Below, piece after piece: positions 48,754 to 57,773 of a DNA stretch of 64,000 bases. Position numbers and translations under genes: made by a program. The DNA lies in contig JBBDZC010000003.1 in assembly GCA_040900375.1 (NCBI GenBank), forward strand, positions 64,586 to 128,585, given 5' to 3'. The notes beneath the pieces are model-generated. The model was not told where the DNA came from, made no database searches, and saw nothing but the letters and a program-made list of their open reading frames with translations. Each line of letters begins with the position of its first letter. The stretch's first letter is position 1. Source of the DNA: Candidatus Anderseniibacteriota bacterium (GTDB lineage: Bacteria > Patescibacteriota > Andersenbacteria > UBA10190).

Positions 48754-49293
48754 ATGGATTACTGGCACGATATTACTGCGGGCAGCAATGTCCCTGACAC
48801 TATCAATGTGGTGGTGGAAATCCCCAAGGGATCGCAAAATAAGTACGAATATGATAAAGACAACAAGATTTTTAAGCTTGACCGCGTCCTCTTCTCACCC
48901 ATTCACTACCCCGGCGATTATGGCCTAATCCCCCAAACGTTAGGGCTCGATAATGATCCGCTGGATGCTTTAGTCCTGGTAAATTACCCCACCTATCCGG
49001 GAACATTGATTGAGGCCCGCCCCATCGGTGTGCTCAAAATGCAAGATAACGGTGAAGAAGACGATAAAATTCTCTGCGTGCCTCTCCATGACATCCGCCT
49101 AACTGACCTGGATGATATGGATAGCATCCACAAAGCTGTTCGGGAAGAGATTGCTCATTTCTTTGAAGTTTATAAACAGCTGGAAGGGAAACGTATTATC
49201 CTGGGTGGCTGGCAACCGGCGGCTGAAGCCAAAAAGATTATCACCGCGGCGGCCGCGCGTTACCAGGAGAAATTCTTACAATCCTCAAACTAG
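48754..49293 (+). CDS. ppa: Inorganic pyrophosphatase (family I)
   Basis: EIPKGSQNKYE, LDRVL, YPGDYG, DNDPLD, DDKI, HFFEVYKQLEGK. Confidence 0.96.
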   Translation: MDYWHDITAGSNVPDTINVVVEIPKGSQNKYEYDKDNKIFKLDRVLFSPIHYPGDYGLIPQTLGLDNDPLDALVLVNYPTYPGTLIEARPIGVLKMQDNGEEDDKILCVPLHDIRLTDLDDMDSIHKAVREEIAHFFEVYKQLEGKRIILGGWQPAAEAKKIITAAAARYQEKFLQSSN

Positions 49294-49326
49294 GGAGTAT
49301 CAGTCGCCGGGCTCTCTATCTTCTAT

Positions 49327-50064
49327 CTACAGCTTCATTTTTTTAAAAATCCGTTCGGGAATCGCCGTAATGACGAGCATGATCCCCCACCAAAACCATG
49401 GCACATAGACCACCTCTCGCCGACTCCCAATTGCCCGATGAATTGCTTTCCCGACCACGTGAGGCTTAACCCATAACAATCCCTTCTTAAATTCCGCCGT
49501 CATGGGGCTGTCGACAAAGCCTGGTTTAATAGTAAGCACATGGACATTGGCTTTCGCTAAACGATTGCGCAAGCCCTGAAGAAATATAGTGAGCGCTCCT
49601 TTAGCCGTGCCATACACATAGTTACTTTGTCGCCCACGATCACCGGCCACCGAAGAAATCACCGCGATTGTCCCTGTTCGGGCTGGCTCAAAATGATTAG
49701 CAACCAGCGTGAGCAAGGAGACAACACTTAAAAAATTAGTGGCCAGTTCCCTTTCTGTTACCTCCCAGCTAGCTTCTGCCATCTTTTGCTTGGGCAACGT
49801 CCCATGAGCAATAAGGACAGTATCTATTCCCCCTAGTTGCTGCTCTGCCTGGCGAATGAGTTCTTTGTGTTCCTCAAAATTATTAAGATCAGCGGTAGCC
49901 GTAGCAACATACTGGGCGCCCCGCACACGTAAATCATTAGCCACTGCCTGCAATCGGTCTGCCGTCCGGTCGACTAGAAAAAAGGCGGCCCCTTCCGCGG
50001 CAAAGAGGCGAGCGGCCGCTGAAGCGATTGCAGAGGCGGCTCCAGTAATCAATATTCTGCGCAT
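49327..50064 (-). CDS. dprE2: DprE2-like SDR (polyprenylphosphoryl-2-keto-pentofuranose reductase)
   Basis: ITGAASAIA, SSVAGDRGRQSNYVYGTAK, KPGFVDSPMT. Adjacent to a DprE1-like gene. Confidence 0.82.
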   Translation of the reverse strand: MRRILITGAASAIASAAARLFAAEGAAFFLVDRTADRLQAVANDLRVRGAQYVATATADLNNFEEHKELIRQAEQQLGGIDTVLIAHGTLPKQKMAEASWEVTERELATNFLSVVSLLTLVANHFEPARTGTIAVISSVAGDRGRQSNYVYGTAKGALTIFLQGLRNRLAKANVHVLTIKPGFVDSPMTAEFKKGLLWVKPHVVGKAIHRAIGSRREVVYVPWFWWGIMLVITAIPERIFKKMKL

Positions 50065-50093
50065 GTCTTTAAAACTACCGTAATCGTGACCGT

Positions 50094-51404
50094 CTACTCA
50101 AGCGGCCTTACCCGCCGCCACCAAGAGGAAGAAAAATTGGGGTCGACATGCCGACTAAATTCCTGCCACCGCGGATAGTACGTGCAAAAGCTTTTGGTTG
50201 ACATGCGCGCATCTTTAGCCGGGTAGACCGCCCCACTGGCATTCCCTACTAACTGATCAAATTTTTCCAGAAGCTTAAGAGTTCGTATCCCCCGGAAGGG
50301 AAAATCAAGCGCCAGCACAATCCCCGGTCGCGGAAAAGATAGTAACCCCGGAGAATTACTCTCGCCAAACGTCTTGAGCGAGGCTAAATATGAACTTAAG
50401 CCCTTGGCAGCCATTACTTGCAGCATAGTTTGCATAACCGCGGTGGCCGCCTCATGGGGCACCACACACTGGTACTGCAAAAAGCCGCGTTTGCCATATA
50501 ACCGATTCCAATGCTGCAAGCTATCGAGAGGGAAAAAATAGGGCTGGTAGTGCGCTAAGTATTTCTTTTTGCGTCCTTGACGCTGTTGATAGAGCCAGTT
50601 AAACACCTTGAGGCTGTAGTCGTTGAGGAGCCAGTTTGGCATGATGAGGGGAATACTTATTGCCCTCCCCCGCGCCGCGTGCTTAGCCACTTTGTGCTGG
50701 CTGTGGTTTCCTAGCATTAGGACTCCCCGGCTCCGTACATGTCTGCGCCAAACCACTCCATCAAACTGCCCGATTAGATATTCATGACTATCCTGATACT
50801 CACCTATTAAAGAGAAAAATTCCTCTAGGTTACTAAAAGGAATAGTAGTGACTTCGAGGTAGGGAGTTGGCAAGGGCTTAAGTTGTATCGCCGCCCACGT
50901 GATCAAGCCGGTCAGGCCTAGACCCCCAATTGTCGCCGCAAAGAGAGGCGCATTACTGGTAGGGGCGCAGAGATAGCGTTGGCCATCAGAGCGTAGCAAT
51001 TCAAAGCGGAGAACATGGCCCCCAAAACTACCAGCCCGCCGATGGTTTTTACCATGGATATCATTAGCAATCGCGCCCCCGAGCGTCACAAATTGCGTGC
51101 CCGGTACGACGGGCAAAAACCAGCCGCGGGGCACGAAAGTATCAAGGATATCTTTCAATGTCACTCCCGCTTCCCCACACAACACGCCAGTGGCCTCGTC
51201 AAAAGATATAAAGCGGTCAAGCGATGAAGTATCAAGAAGGTAACCGTTTTCATTTAAGCAACTGTCTCCCTGACTCCTTCCGAGACCATAAGGCAGGAGG
51301 CTTCCCTGCAGCAGGGGGCGCAAATCATTCGGTCGCCAATGTAAGACCCGAGCTTTCTGGTGAGTAGCCACCGGGTATCGGCCCCAGGATTCATGCCGCG
51401 CCAT
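50094..51404 (-). CDS. dprE1: DprE1-like FAD oxidoreductase (polyprenylphosphoryl-ribose 2'-oxidase)
   Basis: GLGRSQGD, VPGTQFVTLGGAIANDIHGKNH, GGLGLTG, QYQCVVP, LSFP...LDFP, YPAKDAR. Confidence 0.88.
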   Translation of the reverse strand: MARHESWGRYPVATHQKARVLHWRPNDLRPLLQGSLLPYGLGRSQGDSCLNENGYLLDTSSLDRFISFDEATGVLCGEAGVTLKDILDTFVPRGWFLPVVPGTQFVTLGGAIANDIHGKNHRRAGSFGGHVLRFELLRSDGQRYLCAPTSNAPLFAATIGGLGLTGLITWAAIQLKPLPTPYLEVTTIPFSNLEEFFSLIGEYQDSHEYLIGQFDGVVWRRHVRSRGVLMLGNHSQHKVAKHAARGRAISIPLIMPNWLLNDYSLKVFNWLYQQRQGRKKKYLAHYQPYFFPLDSLQHWNRLYGKRGFLQYQCVVPHEAATAVMQTMLQVMAAKGLSSYLASLKTFGESNSPGLLSFPRPGIVLALDFPFRGIRTLKLLEKFDQLVGNASGAVYPAKDARMSTKSFCTYYPRWQEFSRHVDPNFSSSWWRRVRPLE

Positions 51405-52845
51405 AGTAATAACTTGCTCCTAAAACAACCAGCATGGCACAAGCCGCCACGAGGTAACTGACAGTATCGCGCATAGCAAAGATCAAGGGATCATCTTCCA
51501 GTACTCCGCGGTGGGCTAAAAACCATATACGACTAATCCAATAAAGCTGTAGCGGCACTAAAAGCCATAACAAAATCGGCGTTTGGTAGAGAGAATAGAT
51601 TTCCTCGCTGCTGATATAGAGGGCTAAAATAACAGCCGCCAAGTAGCCGCTGGCGATGCCGATTTGTGCCAGAGGGATACTGTCGCTTACAGTATATCCC
51701 CGGCCATGAGCATTGCTGGCTGTCGCCTCGAGGTGCTTGAGTTCGCTAAATCGCTTCACAACTGCCAGGCTCAAAAACAAGAACATACCAAAAGCTGTCA
51801 GCCATGATGAAACCAGCACGAGGGTGGCCGCCGCACCCGCGTACAAGCGGATCGTGTAGAGCACAGCGAGCAGAAAGACATCGACTAAAATAATCTGTTT
51901 CAGTAAAAAAGAATACAATAACGTCAACCCGAGATAGAGTGTCAGCAACCAGACAAACGATGCGGGCAACAAGGTGCTCACACCAAAACTGGCAAGTAGC
52001 AAGAGAGGCACAGCGAAAAATCCTATACTTAAAGACAAGGTCCCCGCGGCAAAGGGGCGGTATCGCTTGCGGTGGTGCCGGCGATCCGCCTCTAAATCCA
52101 GGAGATCATTGAGAATGTAGACACTCGACGAAGCCAGACAAAAAGCGAGAAAGGCCAAGAGTGCATTATAGACTAGCGTAAGCTCTGTTACTTTGTGCGC
52201 CGCCATCAGCGGTACAAAAATAAGGATATTCTTTGGCCACTGGTGCCATCGCAGTGCCTGCAGCCATCTAGTCACACGCTTGCTTCTGTTCCCAAAGATT
52301 GAGGTCACATAGGTGGCCTGCCGGGCTCTGGTAATAAGCCAGGGATTACTGCTCACCACAATTCCCTCACCTGCCTTCGCCCAAACTGCTAAATCAGATG
52401 GGGCATTACCTGCGTAGGCAAATTTCCGCTCGCCAAATTTTTTGACCAAGGCTTGAGCTTTATGGCTTCCTTTAAAATTCAGGGTGGCTGATGAGGCAAC
52501 CACCCCCGTAAAGATCCCGAGGTGTCGCGCCACTTGCTGGGCAACCACGACCGAAGACGCCGTGGTCAGAAAAAGTGGCCGCCGGGTGGCGTGTTGTTGC
52601 CGCAAGTATGTCAATAAATCTGTGTTATAGGGCAAATGCTTAACCGACAACGCTACCCGTGTCGCCACCTGGTGTTTACAGTAGGCCCGACCCTTACAAA
52701 GCCACCATCCAAGGGCACCGAGGTAAAGCGGATTGCGTTTAAGCAAGGCAACAACTAGCTCAATAAAAGTATCAGTCCGGACTAGTGTACCATCCATATC
52801 AACACACAATGGCAGGCCAGCAGCAAAAGAATACTTGGGCTTCAT
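51391..52845 (-). CDS. HAD phosphatase fused to a UbiA-family polyprenyl-phosphate phosphoribosyltransferase
   Basis: N-terminal VDMDGTL...YAGNAPSD. C-terminal QWPKN, YILNDLLDLEADRRH..KRYRPFAAG, KRFSEL, DDPL. Confidence 0.88.
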   Translation of the reverse strand: MKPKYSFAAGLPLCVDMDGTLVRTDTFIELVVALLKRNPLYLGALGWWLCKGRAYCKHQVATRVALSVKHLPYNTDLLTYLRQQHATRRPLFLTTASSVVVAQQVARHLGIFTGVVASSATLNFKGSHKAQALVKKFGERKFAYAGNAPSDLAVWAKAGEGIVVSSNPWLITRARQATYVTSIFGNRSKRVTRWLQALRWHQWPKNILIFVPLMAAHKVTELTLVYNALLAFLAFCLASSSVYILNDLLDLEADRRHHRKRYRPFAAGTLSLSIGFFAVPLLLLASFGVSTLLPASFVWLLTLYLGLTLLYSFLLKQIILVDVFLLAVLYTIRLYAGAAATLVLVSSWLTAFGMFLFLSLAVVKRFSELKHLEATASNAHGRGYTVSDSIPLAQIGIASGYLAAVILALYISSEEIYSLYQTPILLWLLVPLQLYWISRIWFLAHRGVLEDDPLIFAMRDTVSYLVAACAMLVVLGASYYYGAA

Positions 52846-52897
52846 GTAGGATATAGTTACTCGACCGATCACTATACTCTTAGGGGCTATAGGACCG

Positions 52898-54979
52898 TCA
52901 ATCCTCGCTCGGTGGCAGACGATAAGCAATATCTCCGGACTGGCTAAATTGCTCCATTCGCTCGCCGGTTCTAAGCTCTCGCCGTCGCCAGAACATGTCG
53001 CCGGGTAATGTGTCAGTCGTCATAAATTTTACCGTTATTGCATCTCCCGCAATTGAGTCAGGGCTACTCAACGCCACATAGTAGGTTTTATTGTCGTTAT
53101 CAGTAAGCGGCGCAAAGGCAAAGCGGTGCCAGTTACTATCGGCAATCTCGCGCGCATTGACACGCACTGTCCGCAGATCCTCCGTCGCGTTAACGTCCTC
53201 ACGAATATGTAAAATAACATCATGGGTATTGCGTCGGCTACTAAAAGTAGCCAGCCCGATCTCAATGCTATTCCAGTTCTTCGGCACTTGCGGCAGGCTC
53301 TGACCTACCTCATGACCCTTCACTAGTTCTCCCGTGTGACGCGTAAAATAAGCCAAACCCACTTGATTGTAAATCCAGACGTATGGCTTGCCACCGATAT
53401 AGACGACATGTTCCGGTTCCCGGTCGCGCAGTTCTTCCAGGACCGAGGTGGCAATATCATCTTGTTCTCGCCCGCCCATGTTGCGGTACACCACCACAAA
53501 ACCGACGCGTTCATCATGACGAGAGCTTAAGCTTAACGTCGTGCCCTTAAAGAAGGTTCTCATTACTCCTGGATACCAGCTGGCAATATAAAGATTAGCA
53601 TCAATTAAAGGATGATTATTTAACCAGTGGGCCGCTTGATCTAAACCTTCTCCCCATCCCTCTTGGCTACGATGACGAACATTAAAGATCTGATTTTCGT
53701 ACGCAATCGCGTATGGTCGCCAGAGGAGGGGTTGTAACACTACGGCCATCACGACCACGCTGGCCACGACTGGTACCAGAAGTTTAGGCCCGTGCCGCTC
53801 CCCGCGGGGCGCGAGTCGAGACCACGCTATCGCCAGGACCGCCCCGGCTATCACCGGCAGTACCACTAAAGTTGGCAGGGCGTAGCGATCACCCTTTTTA
53901 GCCACAAAGGTGATCAGCGCTAAGAAACCAAGAGCGTAGAGCAGTAAAATAACAATGGGGCTTTTAGTAATCATTTGGAGATTAACAAGCCTCTGCCGTG
54001 GCGATACCACCGCTAGTAGCAGCGCGATTGGTAAGCCTAGGCTTACCAAGAGACTAAGGGGCATTGCTCGGGCAGCCACTGTTCTTAAGTAAAATGTCTG
54101 GGGGTTAATAGGATCAGTTGAGGCAGCCAGCGCAATGTGTTCATCAGTTGCAATCGCGATCGCATCGTCTTTATAAGATGTCGTCAACCCTTCGGTATAA
54201 TTTTCATTCTGGAGCTTTGTCGGCGACCAGAAGGCCGGGCAGAGCACTAAAAATGTAACCACTGCCACCAGCAGCCAAACTACAAGCGCCGTGGCGATCT
54301 GGGGCAATCTTTTTCGGGAATTAAAACCTTGCCAGAGCACTAGTAAGCTGCCAAATGCTACCAACCAGAGCGCGGGCAAAAGCTTGGTAGCTAGAGCAAA
54401 ACCTAGCATTATTCCTGATAACAGTAATCCCCAGTGTCGGCCGCCCGCATCTTTAAGGTAGGCCAGCAACGCCACCGTCGCCCCAAGCAGCGAGAGAGCC
54501 AGCAGCGCATCAAGATGGATAATTTGGCTTAAGCCTACAGTATAGGGATCAGCAGCCAAAAAAAGGCCTCCGAGCCAACCGGGCTTCAGTCCCAAGAGCC
54601 ACGTCAACCAATATGTGATGAAGCCAACCAGCAAGGCCGTCATCAAGGTCACTGGCAGCTTTGCTACTTCATAAAAATCTTTTACCCGGCTGTCGTCGAG
54701 ATGAACATCTACTCCCTGCCACTTTGCCTGGGCCGTAATCCCGCCACCAGCCAACCACATGAGTGTGGTCCCAGGATGAGTCGTCATAAAGGTATTACTG
54801 AAATCGCCCTGCAGCACCTCGTGCCAATACCATGAGCTGCGTAAGACCCACCGGTCTTCATCAGCTGTCATTATATCCCCAAGCCCCCACAAACGCACCA
54901 CCGCAGCGACTAGTAAAACACTTATAACTATGAACACACGAGGGAAACGAGCGCCAATACGCCACGATAAATTAGACAT
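52898..54979 (-). CDS. PMT/ArnT-like GT-C glycosyltransferase with C-terminal beta domain
   Basis: MTADEDRW, THPGTT, HLDALL, KKGDRY, GWGEGL. Confidence 0.82.
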   Translation of the reverse strand: MSNLSWRIGARFPRVFIVISVLLVAAVVRLWGLGDIMTADEDRWVLRSSWYWHEVLQGDFSNTFMTTHPGTTLMWLAGGGITAQAKWQGVDVHLDDSRVKDFYEVAKLPVTLMTALLVGFITYWLTWLLGLKPGWLGGLFLAADPYTVGLSQIIHLDALLALSLLGATVALLAYLKDAGGRHWGLLLSGIMLGFALATKLLPALWLVAFGSLLVLWQGFNSRKRLPQIATALVVWLLVAVVTFLVLCPAFWSPTKLQNENYTEGLTTSYKDDAIAIATDEHIALAASTDPINPQTFYLRTVAARAMPLSLLVSLGLPIALLLAVVSPRQRLVNLQMITKSPIVILLLYALGFLALITFVAKKGDRYALPTLVVLPVIAGAVLAIAWSRLAPRGERHGPKLLVPVVASVVVMAVVLQPLLWRPYAIAYENQIFNVRHRSQEGWGEGLDQAAHWLNNHPLIDANLYIASWYPGVMRTFFKGTTLSLSSRHDERVGFVVVYRNMGGREQDDIATSVLEELRDREPEHVVYIGGKPYVWIYNQVGLAYFTRHTGELVKGHEVGQSLPQVPKNWNSIEIGLATFSSRRNTHDVILHIREDVNATEDLRTVRVNAREIADSNWHRFAFAPLTDNDNKTYYVALSSPDSIAGDAITVKFMTTDTLPGDMFWRRRELRTGERMEQFSQSGDIAYRLPPSED

Positions 54980-54984
54980 GAGGA

Positions 54985-57678
54985 CTAGGGACTATTCTTC
55001 CGTCGGTAAAAGGTCAAGGTATTTGAACCATTTTCAATTCCCTTGACTGACTCAAAATCACGCTCCAAACCGGCCTCAATTTCCGAGTACTCCATCAGGA
55101 ATGAGAAGCTGGTCTGACTATCAAGCAAGAACCACTGCGTGTGGCGATACGCCTCAAGCATGGTTTCCACTGGTGGTAGAAAAGTATTAAGGCGCTCCGG
55201 ATCTTTTCGGGTAAATTCGTAGGCGTACCAACGCGGGTGAGAAATATCAAGCGCCGTGTGGTGACCAGAAAGATAGGCAACCAGTGACGAGCCCGTGAAA
55301 ATTGGTTGATCAAGAGGAATATTATCACGTGCCCACACGCCCGCTTCATAGGCTGCTCGTTGTGTAAAAGTACCCGTGTGCTCATAGAGAAAAGTAATGT
55401 AATTCGATAAAAACATGCTCCACAGCAAGACCAGGGCCGTGACACTCGATATGATCTTAGTAACAAATACTGTCCAGGGATAGCCGTTTTCCAACTGCGA
55501 GAGAGTACTCATGATCCGCTGCCACATCAGAAGAGCTCCGGCACCCGCAACGATTGCCAGTGGGGGCAAAAACTCATTCAAATAGTTAGCGTGAAATTTA
55601 ATCCAGTTACTGTAGAAAAATATCAAACCGCCGAGCCATACCGGCAGCAACAGGATAACGCTCACCGACACCGGGCTGTTCGCAGACACACTCAAAAACG
55701 GCGGTGTGGTCACCTTCTTCAAGCTACCAATAATATTAGGCAAGGCGTGGTGCAAAGGTTGCGTGCTGCGTTTAATAGTACTTTTCTCCTCGAAAACAAA
55801 CTGTTCTGACTGCGGCCGGGGCCAGCAAGCAACCAGCACCAACATTCCCCCCATCAAGTACCACAGAAGTGTCATACCATAGAACATAAAGGCACTGCCT
55901 TCATATTCAAAAAAGAATTGCCAACACCACCAAAAGGCAGCCAAGGGGAAAATCCAGACTATTTTCGGGACAACATGCTCAAGCAATGCCCGGGTAAAAG
56001 GCGAGGGCCGTTCTCGCAGTGCCCGGCGCACCAAGTTTCGGGAAAACGTTTCGAGCAACAAACCCCAGCCCAATAAGGAGAGAAAAATAAGCGGTAAGGA
56101 TTCACGGAAGAAAGGTGTCATTCCCCGGAGCGAGTAACTACGAGTTTTCTCGGCTTCACTCGGATCGAGGCTAATAGTTCCGTCAGTCGCTGAATTTACT
56201 CCCAACGCCTCCCACAAACCTTCTAGACCATAGACTTGGTAAGCCGACCACAAGAAGGCTCCCACGACTAACATGAAGCCAATGCCAACCAAGAAACAGT
56301 AGTGCAGCCGCTGGCGCCAAGAAACACCATGGACCGCAATAAAAAGCAAGGGCAAAACGCCCAGCGCCAGAATACTCTTACGGGATATCACGCCTAAACC
56401 AAGCAGCATGCCGGCACCAATAAGCTTGAGGTTAGAGGGCCCATGAGCAGACAAGGAGGGAGAAGCAGAGAATGCCGGCTGACGGACTGCCTGCCACAAT
56501 ACCGCTAACCCCATAATGCCAAAAAAGAGAGCCAGTGGTTGAGTGTGGGCATAGACATTGGCGAGCACGGCAGCGCCAAATAACGACCACACCGCCGCCG
56601 CCATAATGCCTGTCAAGCGATTTTTAAGTTGGCACCCCAGACTATAGATAGGAAAAATTGTTAAAGCCCCGATGACAATCGAAGACAGTCGGCCAGCGAT
56701 AATGGTGTCTCCCAGTAAAAATTGCCAGAGCGCCATCCAGGCAATTACCAAAGGCGCTTTAACATAGCCATCCCCTCCGGCCAGTATTCCTTGGCGTAAA
56801 CTGCGCGCGTCATAGAGGTAGTTGCCCTCATCTTCAGTCACTGGTAGTTCACGCGCATAGAGTATCCGCAAACCGACTGCGACAACAAACAAAAATATGA
56901 GCAGGAATATGACCGCTCGCCGTGAAAGGGCCGCCGGCGTGCCTTCAGATTCACTCCGCCGGCTCATGGCAATCAACAGGAGTAAAAACAATAACCCAGG
57001 CACCATAGTTTTGCCTACAATCTCGTAATGGCTGCGCTGATCATCCCAGTTCACAATAAAGGAGTAGACTGCCTGGCGGGCGGCGTTGATAACTGCTACC
57101 CGCAAGGGCACTGTGTGGTAGCTCGCAAAGCCCAGATCCTGGGTAGGTTTGCCAGAAGGAGCAAGATTTTGTGGCGCCGTAACATCCCTGCCCCGCCCGC
57201 GGACAATAAAGGCGGTCCCCAAATGATAGGGATTGCGACTATCTACATCAACTGTTACAGCATTCCCCGGTACACTACTAGGTGAAACAACAAAGAAGAA
57301 GAAATTCTTACCTTCACTATCCGCAATCGGTTCAAATTCAAAGCGATAAAATTGATTGTCACCTAAAAGATGAGGCGCAATCGCCACGCGTCGTAAATCT
57401 TCACGCGCTTCGAGAGACTCACGGAGATGAAAATGGATCGGTTGCGTATTGGCGCGATTGGAATAGGTCGCAAACATTACCGCCACACCTGACAGATAAT
57501 TGTGTTCGGATTTGAATGTCTGCCCGATTAAAACATCTCCGGTAAGTTCGCCTGCATTCGTAGTATAGCTCGCTTGCTGAACCGTCCGCTCGCGAACGAC
57601 TATGAACTGTGCTGCCAAGGTAAAGATCGCTAGAAGGCAGACGGCAGCCAGCGCCATGATTTTTGTTGCCGGTGTCAT
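54985..57678 (-). CDS. PMT/ArnT-like GT-C glycosyltransferase with N-terminal beta domain
   Basis: TEDEGNY, KAPL, GRLSS, many TM helices. N-terminal GELTG...GQTF domain. Confidence 0.8.
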   Translation of the reverse strand: MTPATKIMALAAVCLLAIFTLAAQFIVVRERTVQQASYTTNAGELTGDVLIGQTFKSEHNYLSGVAVMFATYSNRANTQPIHFHLRESLEAREDLRRVAIAPHLLGDNQFYRFEFEPIADSEGKNFFFFVVSPSSVPGNAVTVDVDSRNPYHLGTAFIVRGRGRDVTAPQNLAPSGKPTQDLGFASYHTVPLRVAVINAARQAVYSFIVNWDDQRSHYEIVGKTMVPGLLFLLLLIAMSRRSESEGTPAALSRRAVIFLLIFLFVVAVGLRILYARELPVTEDEGNYLYDARSLRQGILAGGDGYVKAPLVIAWMALWQFLLGDTIIAGRLSSIVIGALTIFPIYSLGCQLKNRLTGIMAAAVWSLFGAAVLANVYAHTQPLALFFGIMGLAVLWQAVRQPAFSASPSLSAHGPSNLKLIGAGMLLGLGVISRKSILALGVLPLLFIAVHGVSWRQRLHYCFLVGIGFMLVVGAFLWSAYQVYGLEGLWEALGVNSATDGTISLDPSEAEKTRSYSLRGMTPFFRESLPLIFLSLLGWGLLLETFSRNLVRRALRERPSPFTRALLEHVVPKIVWIFPLAAFWWCWQFFFEYEGSAFMFYGMTLLWYLMGGMLVLVACWPRPQSEQFVFEEKSTIKRSTQPLHHALPNIIGSLKKVTTPPFLSVSANSPVSVSVILLLPVWLGGLIFFYSNWIKFHANYLNEFLPPLAIVAGAGALLMWQRIMSTLSQLENGYPWTVFVTKIISSVTALVLLWSMFLSNYITFLYEHTGTFTQRAAYEAGVWARDNIPLDQPIFTGSSLVAYLSGHHTALDISHPRWYAYEFTRKDPERLNTFLPPVETMLEAYRHTQWFLLDSQTSFSFLMEYSEIEAGLERDFESVKGIENGSNTLTFYRRKNSP

Positions 57679-57773
57679 ACAGTCAAATTAAGAGAGTCGT
57701 ACTTTAATCATACACGAAAGAAAAGTTACCGGCGTAGATATACCCTTATATCGAGCACAGCAGCCGTCGGTAC

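Noticed and set aside
51391-52845. Ubiquinone prenyltransferase ubiA
   Set aside because: The QWxKN and RPFAAG motifs, the HAD fusion and dprE1/dprE2 linkage indicate the phosphoribosyltransferase subfamily.
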